Below are positions 25,795 through 36,024 of a stretch of 48,681 nucleotides of DNA, one piece after another. A model generated the notes under the pieces. The model was not told where the DNA came from and searched no databases. It was given only the letters and a program-made list of their open reading frames with translations. The DNA is taken from positions 1-48,681 of the forward strand of contig JBOFGJ010000684.1 in NCBI GenBank assembly GCA_051649065.1, in the 5' to 3' direction. The position numbers and the translations under genes were made by a program. How positions within the stretch are numbered: the first letter of the stretch is position 1; each line of letters starts with the position of its first letter. The stretch comes from Flavobacterium sp. (GTDB lineage: Bacteria > Bacteroidota > Bacteroidia > Flavobacteriales > Flavobacteriaceae).

Positions 25795-25923
25795 CTACTT
25801 CCCTTTCTTTTTCTTTCCCTTCTCAGAAGCGTAAATAGCTTGAATCTGTTCTAGCGTATATGTCTTCCCTCCAGTAGTTCCTTTCTTCTTATACTTACCA
25901 TTCTTTAATTTAGTATATGGCAT
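25795..25923 (-). CDS. Small lysine-rich protein (42 aa)
   Basis: Read by hand: MPYTKLKNGKYKKK...GKKKKGK*; TAATG coupling. Confidence 0.65.
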   Translation of the reverse strand: MPYTKLKNGKYKKKGTTGGKTYTLEQIQAIYASEKGKKKKGK

Positions 25924-26438
25924 TAAACACTCCCCTCATACCAAGATATATTAGAACTAAAGTTTTGAGCTGCTGCATCTAATGACGTAATACGTAATAG
26001 GTAAGTTGTATTAGGTAACATAAATAATGGTTGACCTAAATTAGCACTATCCCCCCTCCCCTGATTAGACGTATTACCTATAGCGAATGCTGTAGCACCT
26101 GTTTGTGTACCTACAACAGTTACTGTAGGTGCAGCTAGTAGTTGTATTGTAGAATCCTTATCATTAAGATCATTACAATTATAAACAATAGCTGGGGTTC
26201 CACCAGTATAGGTAGGAGTTCTATAGATAGTAGCACTGATACCACTCCCACTACGCCCTATTGTACGCTCAAAGAATACAACAGGTAATGCTCCTGTAAT
26301 AAATATACTATCTGCATTAGCCCCCGCTGCGAGAGCTGTTACATATCTAGAAGCGTTAAACACTTTAGATTCTTTTATCCCCGTTTGTATAAGCGTACCA
26401 CTCTTAATACCCTTCAGTACATCTTCATTAAATCCCAT
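25923..26438 (-). CDS. Putative virion structural protein
   Basis: Beta-rich; start re-called to 26438 (GGAG RBS). Confidence 0.65.
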   Translation of the reverse strand: MGFNEDVLKGIKSGTLIQTGIKESKVFNASRYVTALAAGANADSIFITGALPVVFFERTIGRSGSGISATIYRTPTYTGGTPAIVYNCNDLNDKDSTIQLLAAPTVTVVGTQTGATAFAIGNTSNQGRGDSANLGQPLFMLPNTTYLLRITSLDAAAQNFSSNISWYEGSV

Positions 26439-26447
26439 ATATTCTCC

Positions 26448-26473
26448 AAATAAAAATAGGCCCACTAGGGGCC
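26448..26473 (-). terminator. Rho-independent terminator
   Basis: GGCCC stem plus U-rich tract on the minus strand. Confidence 0.6.
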
Positions 26474-26479
26474 CATAGA

Positions 26480-26893
26480 TTAAGAAAGAACAATAGCAGT
26501 AATTACACCGTTGACTACAGTAGGTATAAACTTAGATACATATGTACCAGTTACAGTGCATGTAACAGCCACTGTACTGTTTACACCAGCTGTGGTTGCT
26601 GGTAGCTTAATATTAGTTAGAGTTGAACCTGATACTGTTGCGGTGCCTGTAGCTATAGCTGCACCTGCTGAGTTTACTACAGCTACAGAAGCGCCATTAG
26701 TAACTGTAGGTGGAAGAATAATAGTACCTTTAGCTAAGCCCCCGTAATAATCATTCATGGCTTCCACGAAGTTTTTCTTAGTTTTACCGGACTGGAGGCT
26801 GAAGTAGGCAGCTGCTGCTGGGGCCCACGCTTTGAAATTCTTACCGGTAACTGTATTAAACCATTTTGTAGCTGGAATACGATAGTTTGGCAT
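26480..26893 (-). CDS. Putative virion fibre/structural protein
   Basis: T/V/A-rich, late region. Confidence 0.65.
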   Translation of the reverse strand: MPNYRIPATKWFNTVTGKNFKAWAPAAAAYFSLQSGKTKKNFVEAMNDYYGGLAKGTIILPPTVTNGASVAVVNSAGAAIATGTATVSGSTLTNIKLPATTAGVNSTVAVTCTVTGTYVSKFIPTVVNGVITAIVLS

Positions 26894-26919
26894 TTTTAAT
26901 TCCTATTAGAGTTATAAAA

Positions 26920-27198
26920 TCATTTCTTCTTCTTACGTCCACCAGTACCTAAGTTCTTAGCGCGGTTAGCGCCTTTACTCATTACTCGTAGATTCTTAGA
27001 GGACTTGTCACTGGTATTGTGGTTCTTATGGTCTACATCCTTCCCATCTCCTTTCCTAACCTTCCCTGCTTTTTCCATCTTCTTCCTAGAAGCGTTACGT
27101 TGAGCACGTCTCTTCTTCTGTTCAGGAGAGCTGTTATACTTACGCTGTCTCACGCTATCTGGCTTAGCAGAAGCGCTTTTCTTTCCATCACCTGCCAT
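26920..27198 (-). CDS. Basic HNH-motif small protein
   Basis: DVDHKNHN...NLRV...ANR. Confidence 0.6.
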   Translation of the reverse strand: MAGDGKKSASAKPDSVRQRKYNSSPEQKKRRAQRNASRKKMEKAGKVRKGDGKDVDHKNHNTSDKSSKNLRVMSKGANRAKNLGTGGRKKKK

Positions 27199-27451
27199 TA
27201 TAAACCCTTATTGTTTTAATTAATGCGTTATGTTTTCTATAACAATCGTTATACATAATACGCCAATTCTTAGCCTCTACAACTACCTCTGCACCTGTTG
27301 TAGCTGTCCACATAGGCAGTTTAGTACATTCTTGTAACAAGCTCTCATCAATCTTTGGCTTCAACACCGTTGATGATTGACACCCCATCAGCGTCAAGGC
27401 AGACATTGCTATACACAGTACGAGTGAGCACTTTAACAATTTTCTTTTCAT
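27188..27451 (-). CDS. o-spanin (Rz1-like lipoprotein)
   Basis: Lipobox-like LMGC; overlaps the i-spanin gene. Confidence 0.7.
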   Translation of the reverse strand: MKRKLLKCSLVLCIAMSALTLMGCQSSTVLKPKIDESLLQECTKLPMWTATTGAEVVVEAKNWRIMYNDCYRKHNALIKTIRVYNGR

Positions 27452-27653
27452 TCTCTTTATCTCTTAGATACTCAGCCCTACCTTCTGCTAACATATCTTG
27501 TACAATAGGGACAGAAGCGTCTTCCTTCTTAATAGTCTCTGTAATGCCCTTAGAGAGCTTCTGATAAGAACTAGTACCTTCGTACCACCCTCTCACCATA
27601 AACCCCGCTATGAGGCATACAAGAGCTAGAATCAGTATTTCCCTGTTAGACAT
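27348..27653 (-). CDS. i-spanin (Rz-like)
   Basis: N-terminal TM segment; follows the endolysin. Confidence 0.7.
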   Translation of the reverse strand: MSNREILILALVCLIAGFMVRGWYEGTSSYQKLSKGITETIKKEDASVPIVQDMLAEGRAEYLRDKENEKKIVKVLTRTVYSNVCLDADGVSIINGVEAKD

Positions 27654-28153
27654 ACTCTCTCCTCTTTACTACGCCTATCTACAAGACCATTTAGCTTCAC
27701 TTTACCTGCATACACCCACTTACCAAACTCATAACACATAGCTGTTGCCTGACCAGCGTTAGCTTTCTTAGCTAAAGTAGAAGTACGTAAGTTTCCACAA
27801 CCTACATTGAAAGTGAAACTAACAATACTATCCCACTGTCCTTGTGTGAAAGATGGGCTCTTAGGAATATAAGCTTTTACACATTGTTCAGCCACCTTGA
27901 TGTCTTTAACCCACCTAGCAGCAATCTCTTCATCTGTATAGAGCTTATTCGTGTCAATAGGGCCATTAGTGGATCCTACGCCATAAGTTAGAACATCAGC
28001 TGGGCACTTATAAGGGTCACGCCTACAACCCTCTGCATTACCAATCAACTCCAATCCCACCTTACTGGTTTTAATCTCCCCACCATATGTACCTAATACC
28101 ACAGCTATAATAGCGGGGATGGCACACACCACCCCCTTCTTGGTATTATTCAT
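27632..28153 (-). CDS. SAR endolysin (GH24 lysozyme)
   Basis: N-terminal weakly hydrophobic SAR; EGCRRDPYKCPADVLTYG; FNVG; GLVDRR. Confidence 0.9.
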   Translation of the reverse strand: MNNTKKGVVCAIPAIIAVVLGTYGGEIKTSKVGLELIGNAEGCRRDPYKCPADVLTYGVGSTNGPIDTNKLYTDEEIAARWVKDIKVAEQCVKAYIPKSPSFTQGQWDSIVSFTFNVGCGNLRTSTLAKKANAGQATAMCYEFGKWVYAGKVKLNGLVDRRSKEERVCLTGKY

Positions 28154-28398
28154 TATTCCCTACCTTCGAGTCTCTTTAAGCGCTCATCGAGTCTACCCAT
28201 AATAACGTTGTTATCTGACATAGTTTTGTTTAGTTGTATTAACACTTCATTAGTTTTATTATCTCTACTCTCTAAAGAAGCAACTCTATAGTCTATCTGG
28301 TCAACCTTAGAAACACTAGCAGCATAAATACCTATACCACCACCTACCATCCCCATACAGGTTAACGCTATACTAATCCACCCTTTTACATCCGTCAT
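28153..28398 (-). CDS. Putative holin / membrane protein
   Basis: One TM plus coiled coil, directly before the endolysin. Confidence 0.5.
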   Translation of the reverse strand: MTDVKGWISIALTCMGMVGGGIGIYAASVSKVDQIDYRVASLESRDNKTNEVLIQLNKTMSDNNVIMGRLDERLKRLEGRE

Positions 28399-30599
28399 TA
28401 GTCCACCCCGTAATATTTAGCTTGCTGCTTATGTAATTTCTCAGCATACTTATCAGCTGCATCTGGGGTTTTAAACATACCTAGGTGTTTACCTGTCTTG
28501 TAATAGGTGTCAATAGCTTCTTGGTCAGTCATTATCTTACCGGAATCACTAACCGTAGGTACTAATACCTCAACCCCCAGTTCCTCATCATTAAATGACA
28601 TAGATCTAACTGTGCTGATAGAGCCATCTTCATTTTTTACCTGAGGGCGTTTAGTTAAATCAATATCACCACCACTTACCATCCCATCTTCTGTTGTAGG
28701 GGTGCCGCCAAAACGACTTGTCCAAGCTTCCCCCTCAGACTTTTTTACCTTAGCCGCCTGTGCTTTCTGCTCTGGCTCCCCCTTAACACCGAAGAACTGA
28801 GGTTCATACTCTTCCAGTTTTTTCTTAACTGTTGTACCTTCTAAATTAGCCCCCATCTTAGCTAGGCGATTAATCAATGTTGCTGTCTGCCCATTAAGAC
28901 GTTTAACCTGCGCCTGCACAGAAGGATTACGTACAGCAGAAGGAGCTGCAACAAACACTACACCAGCATCTGTAAACTTATATGTAATAGCGCTATTAGC
29001 TGCACCTTTAACTACAGGGCCTTGGGCGAAGGAGCCAGCATTAGCCATTGTAGGTGCTTCAGAGAAGCTCTTATTAGGAGCTAATACCTGCGCTTTTTCC
29101 CATTCAGCGGTAATTAACGGGACTACCTTATCTTTGTATTCACTCTCCATTACAGAAATAGCACCCGTAGCAGCTTTATCATCAAGCTTAACGTTGCCAG
29201 TAGAAAGCATAGATTTAAAATCATCGCTAGCAAGGAATTCAGCTGCTTCATTAAGCTGTACCGGACTATCTACGGCAGCAGAGAAGGCTTGAATACCGCT
29301 TAGCACACGGTTTACGTTAGTGTTAAGTGTAGCTGTACCTTGTTTAAGCTGCTCAGGATTGAAATAACCATCCTTAGAATTTAAGTCCTTATTCATACTC
29401 TTAAGGCCATCAAAATAACTCTTAACACCTTCTTTATCGCTAGCTGTTTTAGTCATTACCATAGGGGGAATTTCTTCAGGGTCACTCCCCTTAATAATAT
29501 GCGCCATAGCTGATGGATTCTGTGACAAGTAGTTAGATACAGTGATATCACCACCAACAGATCGTAGACGTCCTACTTGCTGCATAACAGGGTCATTAAG
29601 CGCTTTAAGCTGGTCTTCTTGCTGTGCCCTAGCTATATGACTCTTACCCGCTTCTTCTGTAAGTTTACCTGAGCCAATCTGTTCATGCAGGTCTAACTGA
29701 CGTACTAGAGATGCTTGAACATTATCAATATCACCAGCAGAAGCACCCGCTTTACGCATCTGGTCACTAACACTATTCACTTCAATCTTAAGGCGGGCCA
29801 TCCCTTCTAGATAGGCAGCTTGGTCAATCTTACCCCCCTTAAGATCTGTAGCTAGTTGCTCAGAGCGTAAACCTAATTGACCTCCGTAGGTAGCCCCCAT
29901 AGAGAGAACATTCTTATTAAGCGCTTCTTGGTGTTGTTGCTTCTGGAGTCTAGCTACCTTCTCTTGACGGTCTAACAGGTCATTTTGAATACCAAGTTTA
30001 GCACGCTGTACGCTTAATACAGCGCTCTGTGCTTGAGCATTCTCCTTAATCATATTAAGACGATTTACTTCTACCTGTTGTTGTTTAAGCAATGCCCTTC
30101 CTTGCTCCTTAACAGCGTCAGGAGAGGACTGAGTATACATACCCATACCCATAGCTTGCTTATCTAGGTCTGTGTTCACCTTGTCCTCTACAGAGCCTTC
30201 TGTGAGGCCCTGCCCTACAACACCGCTCTCTACAGCAGCTGTATCCTTATCAAGCTTTACAGCTAGGTCTGGATATAGATTACCATACTTCAATCTCTCA
30301 GCCCTTAATCTACTACCAGCCTCAGACTGAGATATTTTACCTTGCATCACTGCATCACTAAGAGCTACCTTAAAATTACCGTAAGTGGATATAACCCCAT
30401 CTTCTCTCTGCTGTAATTTCTGTTGTGCTTCAAGTTTACGCCTATCTTGCATTCCCTGAGCAACATCACTACCAATACCTGAGAATAGATTGGAGACACC
30501 TTTTAATCCAACAGCGGTGGACGTATCCACCACCGGTTGTTGTACTTGTAAGGCTGTTTGCCCCTGTTGAGAGGCATAAGCTTCTTCAAAATTTGCCAC
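28398..30599 (-). CDS. Internal virion (ejection) protein
   Basis: 733 aa, helical Q/A-rich, podovirus core-protein position. Confidence 0.7.
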   Translation of the reverse strand: MANFEEAYASQQGQTALQVQQPVVDTSTAVGLKGVSNLFSGIGSDVAQGMQDRRKLEAQQKLQQREDGVISTYGNFKVALSDAVMQGKISQSEAGSRLRAERLKYGNLYPDLAVKLDKDTAAVESGVVGQGLTEGSVEDKVNTDLDKQAMGMGMYTQSSPDAVKEQGRALLKQQQVEVNRLNMIKENAQAQSAVLSVQRAKLGIQNDLLDRQEKVARLQKQQHQEALNKNVLSMGATYGGQLGLRSEQLATDLKGGKIDQAAYLEGMARLKIEVNSVSDQMRKAGASAGDIDNVQASLVRQLDLHEQIGSGKLTEEAGKSHIARAQQEDQLKALNDPVMQQVGRLRSVGGDITVSNYLSQNPSAMAHIIKGSDPEEIPPMVMTKTASDKEGVKSYFDGLKSMNKDLNSKDGYFNPEQLKQGTATLNTNVNRVLSGIQAFSAAVDSPVQLNEAAEFLASDDFKSMLSTGNVKLDDKAATGAISVMESEYKDKVVPLITAEWEKAQVLAPNKSFSEAPTMANAGSFAQGPVVKGAANSAITYKFTDAGVVFVAAPSAVRNPSVQAQVKRLNGQTATLINRLAKMGANLEGTTVKKKLEEYEPQFFGVKGEPEQKAQAAKVKKSEGEAWTSRFGGTPTTEDGMVSGGDIDLTKRPQVKNEDGSISTVRSMSFNDEELGVEVLVPTVSDSGKIMTDQEAIDTYYKTGKHLGMFKTPDAADKYAEKLHKQQAKYYGVD

Positions 30600-30602
30600 T
30601 TG

Positions 30603-33600
30603 TTATTCCTTTTCTTTAGAAGTTAGAGATTTGTGTAACTCTTTAATCTCTGCTTTACCTTCTGGAGTTAAAGAAGGGTTAGCGTCAACTAGCCGATTGA
30701 AATCATCAGCCTTCATTACACCCATCCCCTGCATCATCAACTGACCAAACTTATCTTCTGGGCTAGTGAATCCTTTACGGAATTCATTTAGATACGCCTT
30801 ATATGCTATAGGGTCTTCTTTAATAGCATTAGATACGTAGTTACCTATAGCTGTACCGTATTGGAACTGCTGTGGGTCTCCTTCAGACATGAACACTTGT
30901 TTACGTACAAATACAGCTGCATCTTTACCCGCTTGCTCGCGTTCCTTAGTCTTCTCTTTAGCACGGAAGCTCTCATCACGAAGCCGTTTAGCGTCCATAG
31001 TAGATAAGCCTAATAACAATGCATACGCTTCAGGAGTAGATACATTACCATCCTGTACTTGACCTCCTGCTCCATAGAGCTTACCATAACGTAATGCCAT
31101 ATGAGACTTCAGTAGGTAGCTGTAACCAGAAGCTAAACTGGCTGTGGCTGTCATAACCTGCATAGCTGTTGTTGGATTAGCCTCCGCATCATCAACTACA
31201 CCTAACCACTTACCTGTTACACGGGCTAAATCAGTGATACGCGGGTTAGTACCAAACAACATAGAACCAGCAGGAGAACCAGAAATAATACCACCAAGCC
31301 CCTCTTCACCAATACGCGCTACGAAGTCAATCAAGCCATATCCATCAAATGGGTTGAAGCTAGAGAAATCTATCTCAGTATCTTGTCCAGAAGCTTTAGT
31401 CAACATGTAGTTGGCACCAGCTTGGAACAACCCACCTTTAATAGCTTCCTTCTGAGGTTCATCTAGTCCCTCTAGTAGAGGTGACATGTAGTTGTCAATC
31501 AACTCGTCAGGAGCACCATACAACAAGGTTGCTGTAGCTGCCACTTTGAAGCGGTCACTCTTACTCAATGTCCTATTGAATGCTAAGAGAGTCATTGCTT
31601 TATGTGGAACTTGTAAGAACTGAGTGATTAAGGCTACGGAGTTACGCTCATATGGCATCTGACCTGCTCTATCCATATTGAATGTAAAGTTACGACTTTC
31701 AGCCATTGTCTTCTCAATACCAGCCTTGTCCATAACACGACCATTCTTAATGGCCTTGTCATAGTGAGAGAGGAAAGAAGAGGCAGATGAGTTGAACTCA
31801 CCTAGGTCAAAGCCAACCTTACGACTATACTCAGCAATCTTACGTGCGCCAGTACGGGCCTGTCTTAAACCGGTCTTAGCACGGCTCTTGAACATATCGT
31901 CTACAATACCATCGAAAGCTTCTCGTGCTAGCGTATTCTGTGAAATACCCGCTGCAATGTTACTACGGTCTAACGCGTCCAACATCTTAGCGGCTTCAGC
32001 TTCTGTCTTACCAGAGGCGGCTAGAAGGGCCTTAGATGGCTTCATACCTAAATGGTGCCCATACACTAAGAACATGTCTGGGATTAAACGTGTAGTTACG
32101 TAAGAAGCGTTATGCGCTAATAACAAACTACCTTGGGCACTCTGTAGCATCAGCTGGCGTAATGGGGACAACGCAATAAGGAAAGTGTATACAGCTTTCT
32201 TACCAACCCCTGTAATACCAGCACCCTCTGTAGCTGCACGAATAGCTTCCTCTGCTTTAGAGAAACCTTTCGCACCTACACCGTCTGCCATAGCGTGCAA
32301 CAAGTGTTTAACTGAATCATCTAAGGCGTTCCTATAACCATGTTCAATACTACGAATATAATTATACGCTGTTCGAGCATCACCCGCCATCTTACGACTA
32401 GCGTAGTCTTCAGCATGAATTCCTGTAGCTGCTTCTGGAAATCTGCCCTTCTGAGTTAATACATCTCCGTATTGAGCAACAAACCGTTGTTTCTGTGCAT
32501 CGATAACGTCACGCATAGCTACACGATCTGAGATGGAGCGGATGCTCCTAACCATACTTTCTAGAGGGGTTTGTATATTAGCAGCATCCATAGGATTCAT
32601 GTCGTTAGCGCCTGTACTGTCTTCTAGGCGTAATCCACGAACACGTTGACTACTACGACCACCAGCATGGTGAGAGTCAAATACACTGTCTACGTTGATA
32701 TCCCGATTCTTCTCGGCACGTACAATGTACTCCGCTCCATCTGTCTTACGTAAACGCTCAGCCATTAAGTTGGCATCTTTCATATTACCAGCTGTACCAA
32801 CCGCTTTAGTAATAGACTTACCATTCTTATCCACAATCTTCTTGTCAATGAAATGTGGGTCTGTATAGCGTACTGAGTAGTAGCCCTTACGATAAGATAG
32901 TGCTTTATCGTTGTCATTAATAGCGCGTAAGTAATGACCATCTGGACTATTATAATGAACAATGTTTTCTACAATCTCATCATCAATATTCATATGAGAA
33001 CGCATCTTACCTATGCCACTACCGCTCTTGTAAAGCTGTTTAAGCTCATCATCAGATAAGTCAACCATACGTGCTAGGTCTGGGTCATAAGCCCGTACAT
33101 GACCTCCTAGAGAGCTTTGGCTTAAGGGTTTAACAAATAGACGTGTGTCTGTCTTACCATTCTCCATAATCTGATAACCGCTATTACGAAGAGAGGTTTT
33201 CAAATCCATATCATCTAATTCAAATATAGTATCCTGAATACGACGAAAGTCCTTGAACACAGCGATTTCATTGCTATCATATCCCTTACCTTTAAGGTAG
33301 TTCTCTGTTAGTTCCTCACTACGTAAGTTAGCGTTGATGAGTTCATCATTAATAGCACGTTGACGCTCAAACTTCATTCCACGGAAACGCTTACCCATCT
33401 CAGCTGCTGAGCGTAAGAATTCACGTTGTACTCCAGCAGCATTACCGAGAGCAGCTGTAAAGCTATGAGTAAGACGTGGGTCTAACATACTCTGTGGGTC
33501 TAGTAGATGTTGTTGTAGACTACCGTTAGAACCTGTAGAACCTAAATTGGCTCTATCAAACCAGTTGTTCTTAACTGTATACTCTTCTAGCGCATCTACA

Positions 33601-35240
33601 TCATCCATGTTAAATCGGTAGTTGTAATCCACTTGTACTAATAGATTATCACCACCCTGTTCACCTACTTTTAGCGGTACATAGTCGCCATTCTCATACT
33701 TCAATACTTTCAGATTATCAGAAGTAATCCCATATTTACGCATAGCGAAGGCTGCTTGGGTAATAGCATCATCTACAGAGCCAAACCCACCGTTAGCTGG
33801 GCCATAAATCTGAGACATCTTCATGCCACTATCCGTAGCTTGTATAGAGCTCATCTCAGCTCTGTTAGTAAACCCCACTACGTTCTGGAAATCATTAACT
33901 ACGTTAGCTTTAGCTGAAGCTTTTTCAGCGTCAGACATATATGAGAAACCCACATCATTAACACGAGCTAAGATAGAAGGCTCTGTTTCTAAGCCTACTG
34001 TCATATCATGTACACGCTGAGGGTTGTACACCTTACTAGGAACACGTCCACTCTCTTCACCAATAACAGGTAGAACATCACCTGCAATAGCTTGGTCACG
34101 TGTAGTACCATGAGTAGTAAGAGCTGCATCACCTGTAGTATCCACATCAGCTAATGCATGTAACTGCCTAGCTTGCTCTGGATTAACGTCCTTAACTGTC
34201 TGGGATACAGAACTAGGTTGGACATCAGAAGCTACAACACGTTTAGCCCAAGCATCTGCTAACTCAGAACTGCCAAGAGAAGATAAACCTTTACCTAAAC
34301 CCGCTGCACGTTTGAGCCCTGAGATTAAACTACCAACAACCCCAGCAGCATCTAGCGCTTCAAATGCGTTATCCACATATTTATCACCTGTAGTGTATGC
34401 ACCTGATTCTGTCATAGTTTGTAATTCAGCTAGACTAGGCGCATCCATACTATCTGGTAGTAATATACTCTGACCATCTTCTTCCAACGTACTAACAAAT
34501 CGGTCTACAACCGCTTGACGTTGTGCTAGTGGGAGCCTATTAAACACATCAGCCCTGTCTTTACGAGAAGAACCGGGCATAACAGCACGCTTTAATGTAT
34601 CAACAAACCCAGAACCATAGGTTTCATCAAACTTCTTAGCTCGCTCTGCTTCCTTAAAACCTGTCATTAGTGGAATAAAGGCTTCTACAGCAGCTACAGC
34701 ACCTCCAGTAGAGGCACTCTCTTTCTGTTTCATCTCATTGTAAACTTGTTGCATCTGACCTTGATAAGCTAATACATTACCAATAGCGGCCCCTAGGTAG
34801 TCACGCTGCTTCTCACTCTCTAAAGATTCCCCTTTATTTGGAGCAGCAGCTGAACGTGTAGCCACCATATGTTTGACACCTAAGTCTGGGGAATCAGTGT
34901 TATTAGCATTCTGGAATGCAGAGAGCTTAACATCATCTGGGACTGTGGTATCTAATAGTATCTCACTCACTGTACGCTTTCGAGAGTATACCTCTTGGGC
35001 GCGAGTTGTAGATGTTATTTCATCTTCCTTTAAACTAATACCTTGGGTATTACGCTCATCTAATATTTCATTATAAGTATTAAGTGTATTATCTGGATTA
35101 CCCTCTAAGAGCGCCACATGAGCAGCAGCGCTCTTATTAGAACCTACACTAGTAATGGGCGCTGCCACTTGCTCTGACACGAGAGAATTCATATCCACTG
35201 GAGCAGTGTCACCCATTAAACCTTCAAACATGTCAGACAT
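30603..35240 (-). CDS. Large internal virion (ejection) protein
   Basis: 1545 aa, after the tail genes. Confidence 0.75.
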   Translation of the reverse strand: MSDMFEGLMGDTAPVDMNSLVSEQVAAPITSVGSNKSAAAHVALLEGNPDNTLNTYNEILDERNTQGISLKEDEITSTTRAQEVYSRKRTVSEILLDTTVPDDVKLSAFQNANNTDSPDLGVKHMVATRSAAAPNKGESLESEKQRDYLGAAIGNVLAYQGQMQQVYNEMKQKESASTGGAVAAVEAFIPLMTGFKEAERAKKFDETYGSGFVDTLKRAVMPGSSRKDRADVFNRLPLAQRQAVVDRFVSTLEEDGQSILLPDSMDAPSLAELQTMTESGAYTTGDKYVDNAFEALDAAGVVGSLISGLKRAAGLGKGLSSLGSSELADAWAKRVVASDVQPSSVSQTVKDVNPEQARQLHALADVDTTGDAALTTHGTTRDQAIAGDVLPVIGEESGRVPSKVYNPQRVHDMTVGLETEPSILARVNDVGFSYMSDAEKASAKANVVNDFQNVVGFTNRAEMSSIQATDSGMKMSQIYGPANGGFGSVDDAITQAAFAMRKYGITSDNLKVLKYENGDYVPLKVGEQGGDNLLVQVDYNYRFNMDDVDALEEYTVKNNWFDRANLGSTGSNGSLQQHLLDPQSMLDPRLTHSFTAALGNAAGVQREFLRSAAEMGKRFRGMKFERQRAINDELINANLRSEELTENYLKGKGYDSNEIAVFKDFRRIQDTIFELDDMDLKTSLRNSGYQIMENGKTDTRLFVKPLSQSSLGGHVRAYDPDLARMVDLSDDELKQLYKSGSGIGKMRSHMNIDDEIVENIVHYNSPDGHYLRAINDNDKALSYRKGYYSVRYTDPHFIDKKIVDKNGKSITKAVGTAGNMKDANLMAERLRKTDGAEYIVRAEKNRDINVDSVFDSHHAGGRSSQRVRGLRLEDSTGANDMNPMDAANIQTPLESMVRSIRSISDRVAMRDVIDAQKQRFVAQYGDVLTQKGRFPEAATGIHAEDYASRKMAGDARTAYNYIRSIEHGYRNALDDSVKHLLHAMADGVGAKGFSKAEEAIRAATEGAGITGVGKKAVYTFLIALSPLRQLMLQSAQGSLLLAHNASYVTTRLIPDMFLVYGHHLGMKPSKALLAASGKTEAEAAKMLDALDRSNIAAGISQNTLAREAFDGIVDDMFKSRAKTGLRQARTGARKIAEYSRKVGFDLGEFNSSASSFLSHYDKAIKNGRVMDKAGIEKTMAESRNFTFNMDRAGQMPYERNSVALITQFLQVPHKAMTLLAFNRTLSKSDRFKVAATATLLYGAPDELIDNYMSPLLEGLDEPQKEAIKGGLFQAGANYMLTKASGQDTEIDFSSFNPFDGYGLIDFVARIGEEGLGGIISGSPAGSMLFGTNPRITDLARVTGKWLGVVDDAEANPTTAMQVMTATASLASGYSYLLKSHMALRYGKLYGAGGQVQDGNVSTPEAYALLLGLSTMDAKRLRDESFRAKEKTKEREQAGKDAAVFVRKQVFMSEGDPQQFQYGTAIGNYVSNAIKEDPIAYKAYLNEFRKGFTSPEDKFGQLMMQGMGVMKADDFNRLVDANPSLTPEGKAEIKELHKSLTSKEKE

Positions 35241-35248
35241 TGTATTTC

Positions 35249-35749
35249 CTATTTTTTAGGAGTACCGAAGATACTCTGATAACCCGCTTCAATTGATGAG
35301 TAGCCACCAGCAGCATTAAATAACTGAGAACCGATTTGACCAATACCTCCAGCTATCTGTCCCTTTAACTGTGCATCCGCTGCTCTTTGATTAGCGCTAT
35401 TAATACCTTGGATTGCTGTTGATTGAGTAGATGAGTTAGCTTGTGCTCCAGCTGTACTAGTAGCTAATGCACTAACTGAACCTGTTTCACCTGAACTTCC
35501 AGATACACCTGTATTAGTTGAAGACTGTATAATTTGAGCTCTTTTAATGCGCTCTTCTCTAACAGCCTGCCTACGAGCTTCGGAATCTTGGTTAGTTTGT
35601 GCTGCTGCACTTATAGCAGACGCTTCTTTTTGTGCTGCTGCTGATTTCTTGGCAGATTTAGATTGCTGGTCAGCGCTATACACGGTAGCTGCTGCACCTA
35701 CAGCCGCTACAATAGCTGTTATCGCACCTACACCTATTTCAATTCCCAT
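35249..35749 (-). CDS. Small internal virion (ejection) protein
   Basis: Hydrophobic G/A N-terminus, A/Q/S-rich. Confidence 0.7.
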   Translation of the reverse strand: MGIEIGVGAITAIVAAVGAAATVYSADQQSKSAKKSAAAQKEASAISAAAQTNQDSEARRQAVREERIKRAQIIQSSTNTGVSGSSGETGSVSALATSTAGAQANSSTQSTAIQGINSANQRAADAQLKGQIAGGIGQIGSQLFNAAGGYSSIEAGYQSIFGTPKK

Positions 35750-36024
35750 ACATATACCTCAATTTCTCTATCACCTGATTTTACACTAGATACATACTTA
35801 CCATTAAATAGTTTAACCCACCTACCATTCTCTGTATAAGTGAATATAAAGTCCCACCCCTCTAAATACACATATTGTTTCACTAACTCAAAAGCAGCTC
35901 TAATATGTTTTATTACATTATGCGTATTCTTTTTAACGTCACAGTGTAAATAAAAATTACCCTCTATTACCTCTCCTGTGAACTTAAACTCATCAGTATC
36001 ACATAAAACAGTATTGAATCTCAT
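35734..36024 (-). CDS. Hypothetical (possibly GNAT-like) morphogenesis protein
   Basis: Lies between the nozzle and ejection genes. Confidence 0.55.
   Translation of the reverse strand: MRFNTVLCDTDEFKFTGEVIEGNFYLHCDVKKNTHNVIKHIRAAFELVKQYVYLEGWDFIFTYTENGRWVKLFNGKYVSSVKSGDREIEVYVWELK

Noticed and set aside
30603-35240. Virion RNA polymerase
   Set aside because: No polymerase motifs were recognised; size and position fit an ejection protein.
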